DNA from: Octopus sinensis | Taxonomy: Eukaryota | Assembly (NCBI RefSeq): GCF_006345805.1 | Contig: NC_043010.1 | Span: 53,692,001-53,756,000, forward strand | DNA: 64,000 nt | Direction of reading: 5' to 3' | In this document: positions 28,705 to 40,588 of the stretch, in pieces | How positions within the stretch are numbered: position 1 is the first letter of the stretch | Layout of the letters: each line of letters opens with the position of its first letter | Position numbers and translations under genes: made by a program | The notes under the pieces: generated by a model | The model's input: the letters and a program-made list of their open reading frames with translations, nothing else | Databases searched by the model: none | Told to the model about the DNA's origin: nothing

Positions 28705-28773
28705 GGATAAGACGGGTGCTGATGAAGGGGCGAACCCCCACTCTAGAAATATGGCATATACGTCCGTTATCCA
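28705..28773 (+). ncRNA. Type I hammerhead ribozyme-like motif
   Basis: Helix I GACGGGTG(28711-18)/CGTCCGTT(28761-68), extended by TGGATA/TATCCA; CTGATGA at 28719-25; GGGG-CGAA-CCCC hairpin; GAAA at 28746-49; helix III ATATG/CATAT; predicted cleavage after A28760. Confidence 0.6.
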
Positions 28774-29749
28774 GTTTTCATCTTCAATCTCATTGTTTGT
28801 TTACATCTGATCCCTCGTATACGAAATGTAGCAACAAAAATGAGTGCTAGTTATAAATTCCTATTGAATATCTGTAGAAATAACCATAAATAAAATCATA
28901 GAAAACACGTAAAAAGCAATTTTCGCATTCTTGGTTTGGCTGTAAATTCTAGCTGGTTGATCTACCGCGTGGTTGTTTCTCTATTAGCTTAAAACACTAA
29001 ATTTAGAACTTTTATTTTTCGATATGAATCATATTTTAGCAAATTAATTTTCGCATAAAGAATTTTTTTTTCATTCTTAAATGTAGCGTTACTTTATAAA
29101 CCAATGTAGTAATAGTTGAATCGTATCAACACTTAAAACACGTTATTTCATAAACAATTGCAGATTATATTTAGAATTGATGTTTCACACATTTAGCTTT
29201 GTATCTTTTATCAATAATTTCACTCACCTGATGCCATCAAATATTCTAAATGAAAGTTGGATTTAAATAAAGGTGGTAAAACATCATAGATAATCTGTAG
29301 TACTTCAGAGTTAGAAATTCCCAGGAAACAGTTTGAATCAATTGGTTTAAATTAACAGTTTCATAACACTAGAAATATCTTATAATATAATGGATTTTGA
29401 TGAAGCGATTGATATGAATTTTGTTAAGAAACTTTCTCAATATATGACGTGTGTATAAAGTGCTTGCAGCATTCTACGTTTAATTCAAAATTAGATATAT
29501 ACTCTCATATATTCTTGTTACGTAAGTATGCTGAGGTGCTGAAGTTATAGCGAAGCAATGACTAGCAATCAAGACGCGATCCCATTGCAGTGGCATGCAG
29601 ATAATTTGAATGCCAGTCCCCCCTGTAGACCCTAGAAACTCTTGGACATTACAGAGTCCAGCCAGCGGATCGTCTTCAACATTAGATATATAGCCTCGCC
29701 CATTGTAGCTACGTAAATGTGTTGGTGGAGTTATGTCGAACCGATATAT

Positions 29750-29975
29750 GGTAAGCGAAACGTTAGCACGCCGGGCGAAATGCTTAACAGTATTTCGTCT
29801 GCCGTTACATTCTAAGTTCGAATTCCGCCAAGGTCGACTTTCCCTTTCATCCTTTCGGGGTCGATAAATTAAGTACCAGTTACGCACTGGGGTCGATATA
29901 ATCGACTTAATCCGTTTGTCTGTCCTTGTTTGTCCTCTCTGTGTTTAGCCCCTTGTGGGTAGTAAAGAAATAGAT
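29750..29975 (+). mobile_element. SINE, OK/Meta-like family
   Basis: Matches the family consensus. Confidence 0.9.
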
Positions 29976-30264
29976 ATATGGAAAGCGAGGAGCTATGCCA
30001 CTCAGGTGGGATACAAAGGATGGCCAATGTCCAATAAACAAATAAATAACATGATACATAATATATAGATATAGCAGAATATATAAATAATTATTATTAA
30101 ATATTTTTTTCCTATTGGTTCCCAGTAGTCATTATAGGATCGTTATTAGTCGGTTTACTCAACAGGCCTATTCATCGGTTAGGAAAATTTGAACGACCTA
30201 ACAATGTAATACTACTCTCATCAAAGTCAGTTCAGAATAACAAAAAAACGACACTCACTTTGTG

Positions 30265-30828
30265 TTTCTTTATTACCCACAAGGGACTAAACATAGAGGG
30301 GGAAAACAAGGACCGATTAACGGATTAAGTCGATTATATCGACCCCGGTGCGTAACTGGTACTTAATTTATCGACCCCGAAATGATGAAAGGCAAAGTCG
30401 ACCTCGGCGGAATTTGAACTCGGAACGTAACGGTAGACAAATACGGCTACGCAAACAAGGACAGACAAACGGATTAAGTCGATTACATCGACCCCAGTGC
30501 GTAACTGGTAATTATTTAGTCGATGCCGAAAGGATGAAAGGCAAAGTCGACCTCGGTGGAATTTGAACTCAGAACGTAGCGGCAGACGAAATAACTATTT
30601 CTTTACTACCCACAAGGGGCTACACATAGAGTGGGCAAACAAGGACCGACAAACGGATTAAGTCGATTACATCGACCCCAGTGCGTAACTGGTACTTATT
30701 TAATCGACCCCGAAAGGATGAAAGGCAAAGTCGACCTCGGCGGAATTTGAACTCAGAACGTAACGGCAGACGAAATACGGCTACGCAATTTCGCCCGGCG
30801 TGCTAACGTTTCTGCCAGTTCGCCGCCC
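30265..30828 (-). mobile_element. Three tandem OK/Meta-like SINE segments
   Basis: Segments at about 30265-30452, 30453-30597 and 30597-30828 each repeat the reverse-complement core. Confidence 0.9.
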
Positions 30829-31949
30829 TAATGACACTCACTCTGACGAAAATAGCCTTCATTTTGTCGGTCTTTCAATTTTACTCAACCGATGAAGTGG
30901 CCTATTGAGTAAACTTATCAATAATGCGTCTGTAATGACTACTGGTAACAACTGTGAGTCAAATTTACTACCATAAAGAAAGATATGTAAAAATATGTTT
31001 ATATGTGTACGTATGTTTTTGGCTCTACGTCGAAGTGCGTATTGTGTTATTGCGTCATTCAATCGAAATCTTTATATCACCTATTATTTTATAAGCGGAA
31101 TTCTAGAAATGCAACTTAACCCTATCAGGAAATGTATTGTAAAGTATTTATCTATTATTTCTTACATGAATACATTAATTCCCATTGTTGCAATCAACTC
31201 GTCACAATTTACTAAGAAAATTGTTTTCTATTTATAATATGATAAAGAATATCAGCTAGATACTTTTATTTAATTACTGTTTTGTATTTCTTGTAGAAAT
31301 GCACCGAAATAAAATGATGTAGAATAAGGTTATTTTTGTGTGTATTTGAAATAAGTTACAAGTGCATTTATATAGCACTTATCGACATTTAATCATCTAG
31401 CTGGAGAAATCAATATAGATAAATGATAGCAGAGCAACATTGTTTAAAAAAAAGATATAAAATTAATAGAAGAGATTGAAAAAAAAAAAAAATGCAATAA
31501 ATAGAATTTAATTTTAATCTTTATTGTATGATTTGGTAATTTAGGGTAATTTGATTTAAATATTTCAATTTCTAAATATTTATATCTCTATGTATGAAAC
31601 AATGTATCTAGAAATGTCGAACAGAAATAATTTATGATATTCATAGATTGAATTATGTCCCTGATACGAAAGAGTAGCTAGCTCTTCAGTGAACAGAGAA
31701 TGATAAAATCGAACAGATTAAATTAGAAGATTGATATCAGGGGAGGGGGCATAGACTCCAGCTGTGCTAGGTGTGCGCTGCACACACATAGAAAATGGAA
31801 TATTCGTTATAAATATTAACCATACTTATTAACTTAATTACAAATATTAATGGAAAATATTTGTTGTACTCCTGCTTAAAATTTGGTAGCATTGGGTGCG
31901 ACTGGTTGATATAATAATCTAAAATTTGTTAAATGCCAAGTCTCCTCAC

Positions 31950-32600
31950 AATAGCCGTTTGTTGTTTCAGACAGTAAAATAAATACATCCCTTCTTCAGA
32001 CTGTGCGACAATGAAAATCACAAATGTCTTTTCTGAATTCCCATGTGAGCTAACTGTTGCTGAAACCGAAGTTCTTCAATAGTTATCCTTCGGGACGTAT
32101 TTATAATATGCCCAAATTGTTATCGCTATGAGACGCTGAGATACACGGGCGTTCCAATATCGTTGTGTGTCATCATCCAAAGACATCCCAGATTAATGAA
32201 GCACGCGAGAGTTCGTGGTCCTGTTTTATAACTTCGGCAAACAAATTATTGGCTCATGGCTACATGATAAATTTCCATGTGCACGATGAATAGCGAGAAT
32301 CCAAACAATGACTTACATATTTATTCTTCATACGTTCCAGAAGATTCCAATGCGAATATGCTAATCTTTGTTGTGTTTTGTCATAGAACAATTCCTCCAT
32401 TCAGACGAATGTGTGTTCATGGCACAGAGCTCACGTCCGCTGATAAATCGAGTGTATTATCAACAATCGTCTGAAAGAGGATTTTCTCCTACGACGAAAC
32501 ACGACAGAGATTTGCATATTCACTTTGGAAACTGCAGGAACGAATTACGAGTTAATATAGAAGCTATCGTTTGGATTTTCTCTCTTCACAGTTCATATGA
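31950..32600 (-). pseudogene. Possible hAT transposase remnant
   Basis: Weak motifs only (LAIHRAH; TQRYWNAR, compare HC.IHR and TRWNS); heavily disrupted. A CAGGG-type GC-rich terminus-like segment lies at about 31738. Confidence 0.25.
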
Positions 32601-32867
32601 TAATTAAATTCCGGTTGAAATATATCAAGTGTTATGTCTTCTTATGTCTCATTTAATAACATGTGTTGTTGAGTGAAAACCTAATTATATTCAGAGGTTG
32701 TATATGCGATTGAAGGCTATGCTCATGTATTACACGCACTCAAATGTTTATTTACTAAATCTTCATCCTTTGAGAAGGTTGTGCGTAATCAAAATAAAGT
32801 AATGTACCTTTACACAATTGGGTGAAGCGTTTTTCCTTCAACTTTGAATAAAACCACCATTAATATT

Positions 32868-33345
32868 ACCTATTTCTTTATTACCCACAAGGGGCTAAAC
32901 AGAGAGGGGGACAAACAAGGACAGACATAGGTATTAAGTCGATTACATCGACCCCAGTGCGTAACTGGTACTTAATTTATCGACCCCGAAATGATGAAAG
33001 GCAAAGTCGACCTCGGCGGAATTTGAACTCAGAACGTAGCGCCAGACAAAATACCGCTAGGCATTTCGCCCGGCGTGCTAACGTTTCTGCCAGCTCGCCG
33101 CCTTAATATTACCACTAATCGCTAAACCAGCGATCTGGCCGAAACGTTAGCACGCAGGACAAAATGCTTAACGTCATTTGACGGTCTTTAAGTTGTGTTC
33201 AAATTCTGCCAATGCCGATTTCGACTTTAATTCTTTCGGGATTGATAAAATAACTACCAATCGGACACCGGGGAGGGAGGAGTATAATCAAGTTAACCTC
33301 CCCCATCCCTGAACTTGCTGGGCCCTGTGCCAAAATTTGAATTCG
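32868..33345. mobile_element. OK/Meta-like SINE full copy (-) 32868-33104 and diverged copy (+) 33130-33345
   Basis: Both match the family consensus; they are head-to-head. Confidence 0.85.
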
Positions 33346-33375
33346 TTATTACTATTAATCTATTAATTAAATATT

Positions 33376-33546
33376 AGTGGTTGTGTGGTAGTAGCTTGCT
33401 TACCAGCCACAAGGTTCCGGGTTCAGTCCCACTGCGTGGCACCTTGGGTAAGTGTCTTCTACTATAGCCTCGCCCCGATCAAAGCCTTGTGAGTGGATTT
33501 GGTAGATGGAAGCTGAAAATAACCCCGTCGTATATAACTATATGTG

Positions 33547-33577
<31 letters not shown>

Positions 33578-33790
33578 CTGTTTGTGTGGTTGTGTTTGTC
33601 CCCCAACATCGCTTGACAACTGATGCTGGTGTGTTCACGTCCCCGTGACTTAGCGGTTCGGCAAAACTGAGACCGATAGAATAAGTACTAGGTTTACAAA
33701 GAATAAGTCCTGGGGTCGATTTGCTCGACTAAAGGCGGTGCTCCATTATGGCCACAGTCAAATGATTGAAACAAGTAAAAGAGTACAAAA
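33376..33790 (+). mobile_element. Composite CORE-like SINE (OR-like), full length
   Basis: tRNA-like head with GGGTTCAGTCCC B-box, CORE-like segment, internal TA/TG tract, 3' half ending GAAACAAGTAAAAGAG. Confidence 0.88.
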
Positions 33791-34680
33791 GTAAAAAGAG
33801 TATTATATAATTTTTTTAAAATGAAAATCTAAATACGAGTCATTAAAGTTTGAACCTATAATCTGTAATTTGACTAAATCAAATTTGAAACACATACTCT
33901 TCTTTATTTCGTCCAAACGCCATTTTTCAGTAGTGTTCAAATGTTCAATTTTAATTACCTCCCTTTATAATAACTATTTCTATTTATCTGTCATACTAAC
34001 AATTCACTTTCAATTACTCCGCCATTACATTCCTTCGCGACATATGAAAAGAGTGATTTTGTCATGTAGACATGATTTGTTATTTGTTTTTTAAGTGCTG
34101 TGCTTTAATCATTTTAACTGTAATTTAATTTCAATTAAAACTCTTTATTAACAATTAAATTATCGACTTTTATTTACTTCCTATTAGTTATTTCACTTCT
34201 CAACTCCGATTGTGTTTTACTATTTACAAATTATTTCATGTGCAACTTCACTTATCTCCCCACTCTCTATTTCTTTGTAGACTGATAACTTAATATTGAT
34301 AGGAATCTCATGTAATTTGCATTAACCAGTGTGTCGAGTGAGTCTAGGCGCCAGTCTCAATTCTTATCGACTATTGTTGGTTACGTGCAGAATAATTTTG
34401 ATAAAAAACGGAATTACCTGTAAAACATCAATGTATTTTACAGACATACGTACACATATATTCATGTATTTATGTATGTATTTATACACATACATTATAT
34501 ATGTAATTTGTATCACATCGAAACTAACTATGACTTAATTTTTCCTCTGACACCGTCTACGATGAAGGGATATTATTAATTAATATCCTAGAAACAGCTG
34601 TAAGACCTTCTATCTATAAATGTTCTAATATCTATACAGTCTTGGTTCTTTATCTTATTACACAAAATTTCTTATACATA

Positions 34681-34719
<39 letters not shown>

Positions 34720-34744
34720 TATTATATATATATATATATATATA

Positions 34745-35254
34745 CCGTAAATCCTCGAGTATAGGCTGCCCTTGAGTATAATACGCAGTGGATGTTTAGG
34801 GGGATGTACCTCTGAACAAACCTAAACCTTGTGTATAATACGCACCACTTCTCTAACTTGAGTCGTACGTAATTAAACCAGCAGCACCTAGTCGAACAAA
34901 CACTTCCGCGCATGCATAATACAATAATGGTGATGTTCTTAACTGTTATATGGGAATGTAAATATGTTTGCAAATTGCTTTTGTTGTATGTTATTCTGTG
35001 TTCTGAATAGTTTTATTTTAATAAATATTGTTTAGTGCACGTTATGGATGATTCTTTTATGACATTATTGATTTCAGGCTTAGCTTAAGGTATTTTCGCG
35101 CACGACATCACAAAATGCGTCTGAATAAACATTGCCGGACAGCAAATAGAGACTTGGACATTCCATAGAAAATGTTTTTCATTTTGAAACTTGCATAATG
35201 ATTTTGACCTTTAAATTTTTGGGGAAAATGCGGATTATACTCGAAAATTTACGG
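34745..35254. mobile_element. pogo/Tigger-type MITE (510 bp)
   Basis: Imperfect TIRs CCGTAAATCCTCGAGTATA / TATACTCGAAAATTTACGG, flanked by TA on both sides; no ORF. Confidence 0.8.
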
Positions 35255-35289
<35 letters not shown>

Positions 35290-35307
35290 ATTATATATGT
35301 ATATATA

Positions 35308-35358
<51 letters not shown>

Positions 35359-37100
35359 TTACGTGTATATATTCTATTCTTTTATTATTTTACTGGTGAG
35401 AGTAGTTATGAATCTAAATCGTAGGAGACAGACAAACAACTTGACTGTTATATATAAAGATATACGAGGGGCTTCTTTTAGTTTCTGTTTACCAAATGAA
35501 TTCAAAAGGGTTTGGTCGGCCGAGGCTCTGGTAAAAGACACATGCCCAAGGGGCCACACAGTGGTACTGAACCCGGAACAATGGGGTTGGGAAGGAAGCT
35601 TCTTAGCACACAGCCATAACTGCACCTGTATATATGATATTATATGCATACATATATATATATTAATGGAAGTGTGCAGTATTATAAATCCATTACGGTT
35701 TATCTTACCCATTGACTTCGCACTAGCGTTTCAACGGAGTGTTAGATAACAGTTTGATTATGTAACCCCGAATGACCACAATGTTGCGTAATGGCAATGT
35801 TATTTAATATTACGTTGAAACCCCAGTACTAAACCGATTGGTAAAACCAGCGGTAATGGTTATCTAATACTGTAGATTTCGATTAATATACATACATACT
35901 AAAAAATATATGAGTACGTATTTTTTCTGACTTATGGATTCTTAAGCGGCTATATATGCATATGTGTATGTATGTGTATGAGTCTGCTTGTGGGTGTACT
36001 ACCGCGGGCGCGTATTTTCGTGTTTGTGCCCTCCACCGCTTGACAACCGGTTCTTGATTCGTTATATCCCCTGCAACTTAGCGGTTCGGCATAAAAGACC
36101 GATAGAATAAGTTTTACACTTTAAAAATAAAATTTAAAGAATTACTGTTATGTTTAGTTTCCTTCGATTAAAGCACTTGAAGACGCTGCCCCAGAATGAC
36201 CGCAGTCCAATGATTGAAACATGCAAAAGATTAAAGATGTGAGTGGGTTCGCGCTCACGTGTGTATATATTCTCTTCTTGCTACAAAATAGCTTAGAGTT
36301 TACTGAGTGTAATTTGTGTAACGTGTCCACTACTATAACTAAATGCCAAAATACTGCTGCGTGTTTATCTTAGCCTTGCAATAACATGTTTGTATTCAAT
36401 ACTTACATTTATAAAGACTTGCCTCTAGCTCCTAGTTGTTGAGCAATACTAATTTCCTCTCTTTTGTCGACTGCTTCTAAAAAATTTTATAAGTCATCTA
36501 GAGTAATTAAGAATTAAGAATTAATGTATTAGTAATGACGAAAGCTAAAGCTACCGAAATGTAATATTTTGTATGTCACAGCTGTTCGTTTAAGAAAAAG
36601 TAAACAAACGATTTAATAAAATTAAATCACATCTATTTGTCAATTGAGGAAAACAAACTCACAAATCTAAACTGACGTTAAAAATATCCAGAAACTTATT
36701 TGTCTGTTGTGAGTAAATAATAGTTAATTCTTTAATTAAGTAAACAAGGAACGTAACAAATTCTTCTATAGTAATTAATTCTAATACAAATTTTAATTGC
36801 AATATTGTATCTTCTTGGAGAAGAAAAAAATGATTAAGAAGAATTATTTTTAGTTCCAGACGTAGAAAGCATGCAACCAATATGTTCGCTTCATAGCCAA
36901 GAGAAATCGGTTTCGGTACCAATGCGTAGCTCTTTTATAGTTTTCTTTTCATTATAACGTCGAGTGAGGCAATGCTTTATGAGCGAAATATGGTGGCAAG
37001 AACTGTTTAGCAGTCTGCAGTGTGTTTGGGTTTCGATGCACAAATATCTTGATTGTATGTGTGTAAGTGTGTACACACGCGCGTGTCTTTGTACAACTCA

Positions 37101-37224
<124 letters not shown>

Positions 37225-37417
37225 AACTCGGAAGTTTAGGCCTTAACAGGCCTTTTCCGATACCCTTAAATCCACGAATTTTTAATCACCCCATCGTCTA
37301 TATATATGTATCTATATGGATGTATATGATCTAACTAACTATCTATCTATATATCTATCTATCTACCTATCTATCTATCTATCTATCTCTCTATCTGTCT
37401 GTCTTTCTGTCTGTCTG

Positions 37418-37449
<32 letters not shown>

Positions 37450-37689
37450 AGTACATGAGTAATAAAGATATATAAGTGTTAATTTAATACAGCCGTTTCG
37501 AGCAACTCCTTTAATTAATCAATGAAAGCATTACATCATTAAAAAGAAAACCGTTCTCATCCGATGACCGCATAGACCTGAGACATGAAGGACAAATCAG
37601 ATATTTAAACATATTCGTATCACCAATAGAGAGCGAATATTTACAACGATTCAGCTGCTTAATTTTGGGATGAATGAAAAAAGGACAAT

Positions 37690-37930
37690 ACAGCGACAGA
37701 CAGACCAGAAAGTATCATAGGCTAGAGTGATGGGCAAGGATCAACGAGAGTAGTGGCCCCATTATCTATACATCGAAGACAATAGGACAATGTAGTCTTC
37801 AAAATATCTAAAATTAGATCTTCGGGGAGTTATAAAATAATTAGTGTCATGACAGACGTTCTACTATCTAAGAAAATGGATCTTTACATCCGGCTTCACC
37901 AACACCAAAAGGTATGCCATGGTGGGGCCA
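37690..37930 (-). pseudogene. Degenerate Penelope-like RT fragment
   Basis: Minus strand GPTMAYL...NFRYFEDYIVL resembles the PLE RT motifs MG.P..P..AN and RY.DD. Confidence 0.35.
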
Positions 37931-38199
37931 AGGTGGGGAGGGATGATAACAGAAGGAAAAGAGGGGATAGGGATAGCTAATAAAGCTTATTTTGATTGTC
38001 ATCTTTAAAGGGAAGAAAACGGGAGCTGTTAAAAGGAATACCTCTTAAATGATCATGGGTGGGATATAAATTGAAGGAGTAAATTTTAACCATAGTTTAC
38101 TTATACTGTTAAAGCAAAATATAAACTTACAGATATATAAAGGCTAGAAAGAAATTTCATATATAACTTAAGAAGGGGATAACGTATAATTTAATATAT

Positions 38200-38830
38200 G
38201 ATGATAATAAGGTTGCAGTGTGTAACGACTTTTATGAAAAAGAGCTAAAAATTATAAATTGCCACTAGATTTTTATGCTATAAAAAATTTTAAAATATAA
38301 GGATATAAAAAATAAAATACAGATCCGAATATAAATATAAAACATAATATAATAAAATATAAATAATGTAAAGAATATATATACAGAGGCAAGAACATAT
38401 AAAATATAAAATATTTAAAATATATAAAATATATAATGTGTAAAAAAATTTTATAATGTTAGGTGTTGATGTACACTTTCGGGTTTATGAGAAATTTTTT
38501 TAAACTGTCAAATTATTAATAAAGCATACAAAAATATTTGAAGTGTAGATTAAATCTTAAGATATAAAAATGTAAGATATAAGATTTATAAAATATATGA
38601 GGAAGTATAAAAAAATATTTGAGAAGAATTATAATAAAATTATAACAAATTACATAAAATTTTTATAAAAGTAAACCAATAAAGGAAGCTATACTAAGAA
38701 ATATAAAAAGGAAATAAGGTAATATAAAATGAAAATAATGTGTATATTATAATAGAGTTGTTATATAAATAGTTATAATCTGAATATAAATTAATTATTT
38801 ATACTAGATGGATAAAGTCATAAGTATGCA
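38200..38830 (+). pseudogene. Highly AT-decayed CR1-like LINE remnant
   Basis: Homologous to the reverse complement of 39310-39725, which carries CR1 C-terminal-like motifs. Confidence 0.4.
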
Positions 38831-38989
38831 ATTCCATACAACATAATTAACACCCATATCGGCTATATGTGTATGCTTCAGCTCTACGCCCTAAATCCTA
38901 TTTAAGACTGAAATGGATATTATTGACTTTTAAGTTCCCAAATTTACGTGGGCCGTCATGTGTTCATAATATTACCCGTACCTCTAAAT

Positions 38990-39725
38990 ACTTTAGAAGC
39001 TGATAATTATTTAGTATATCAAGTATTTTTCTGGTGATTAAAATTTATCTTTCTTTAACTCCTTTGATCTATTAGCTCTTAGTAATCATGATATACGCAT
39101 ACCAACCCCCAGCGATGAATCTATTCTATCACGGTTAATATAAATATATATATTTTTCCTAACGAGTCCTCAATTTTCAAATCTTCCCTAATTATAAAAT
39201 GATCTATTAATATCATAACTCAATCCTCGTTTTTCGTTGTATTTTAAATAGAGTTTCCTAACCTATTTGTAATGATATTTTTAATTCCATTTTATCTCTA
39301 TTATAACCCGGTATACTTATGCCTTTTTCAATCAAGTATTAATAATTAATCAATATTCTGATTATAACTATTTATATAACAATTCCATCATAATATATTA
39401 TTTATTTTCATTTTATATTACATTTTCCCCTTTTTATATTTCTTAGTATAGCATCTTTTATTGGCTTACTTTTATAAATTATTTTTTAAAAGAATTTTTT
39501 ATTATAACTTTTTATATAATTTCATATTATAGTTTTTATTATAATTTTTCTCTCAGATATTTTCTTATATTTTCTCGTATATTTTTCAAATATTATATCT
39601 GATATCCTTGTATCTTAAGATTTTATCTATTCATCATATATTTTTCATAAATTTTTTAATGTGTTATTAATACTTTGACAGTTAAAAAAATTTTCATATA
39701 TCCCACTGTGTACTGTGAACCTAAA
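38990..39725 (-). pseudogene. Highly AT-decayed CR1-like LINE remnant
   Basis: With frameshifts the minus strand gives ANK.AILRNIKR, LLYK.L.SEY and NRLG..LFKIQRK.R, resembling CR1 KAN.MLG.IKR / LYKSLVRPHLEY / RL..L.L.SL..RR.R. Confidence 0.45.
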
Positions 39726-39894
39726 CTTACAGAATTATATTTCTAAGCATTATATATTTTATATATATTTCAAATATTCTAGGACGAGTCAGGTTGTTGT
39801 TTATATATATATATATATATATGAATGAGAAAATGAAGAACATGGATAAAATTGACATACAGATGTAACTCAGTTTCTTCATTTTCTCATTCAC

Positions 39895-40450
39895 GCTATT
39901 TACTTCCCCCGTCAAATCCACAAACTTAACAGCCCTGGCCGCCCCATCGTCTCAGCCTGCAACTGCCCCATCGAATTCATCTCCAGATATCTTGACCGTG
40001 TCCTTTCTTTCCTAGTGACTTCCCCCTCTCACCTCCATGACTCCTACCACGCACTTCGTTTGTTCAACTCTTTCTCCTTCCCTCCTGGCCCCTTTAAACT
40101 TCTCTTCACTTTCGGCATCCAGAGCCTTTACACGATGATACGTGACCACGAGGGGCTGCATGCTCTCCAGCATTTCCTTGAACTTCGACCCAACTCCCAA
40201 CCCAACACATCTAGGCTCGTTCGTCTGGCCGAACTTATCCTCTCACTCAACTGCTTCCCATTCGCTGGTCATTTCTACCAGCAGTGTGGTCATGGGAACG
40301 AGAAGGGTCCCCAACTATGCGAAACTGTTCGTTGGCTACGTTGGGGCCCAAATATTCTCAAATTTCGCTGGTCCCACTCCCGAACTATATGGCTGTTATA
40401 TTGACGACTGTATCGGTGCGACCTCACTTTCCCTCGAACATCTAAGTTTA
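39895..40450 (+). pseudogene. Penelope-like element reverse transcriptase fragment
   Basis: IHKLNSPGRPIVSACNCPIEFISRYLD...SLYTMI...FAGHFYQQ (frameshift) GVVMGTRRVPNYAKLFVG...YGCYIDDCIG; canonical PLE RT motifs. Confidence 0.88.
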
Positions 40451-40551
40451 TAGATGCTTACTGCTGAGACAGATTTTTGGGGTTACATCGAGCACATGTA
40501 TCCTATGATCACGGACAGTCATCTTAAGAATCAAGGATTATTGTTATTATT

Positions 40552-40588
<37 letters not shown>

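Noticed and set aside
29480-29760. Protein-like minus-strand ORF (GRGYISNVEDDPLAGLCNVQEFLG...)
   Set aside because: The ORF starts inside a SINE; I recognise no domain and see no convincing acceptor/donor pair. It would need BLASTX or RNA-seq support.
30265-30828. Regularly spaced repeats resembling a CRISPR array
   Set aside because: The units are long SINE segments with no unique spacers, in a eukaryotic context with no cas genes.
38200-39725. Possible mitochondrial insertion (NUMT), given the extreme AT content and strand skew
   Set aside because: No mitochondrial rRNA, tRNA or protein motif could be read; CR1-like motifs fit better.
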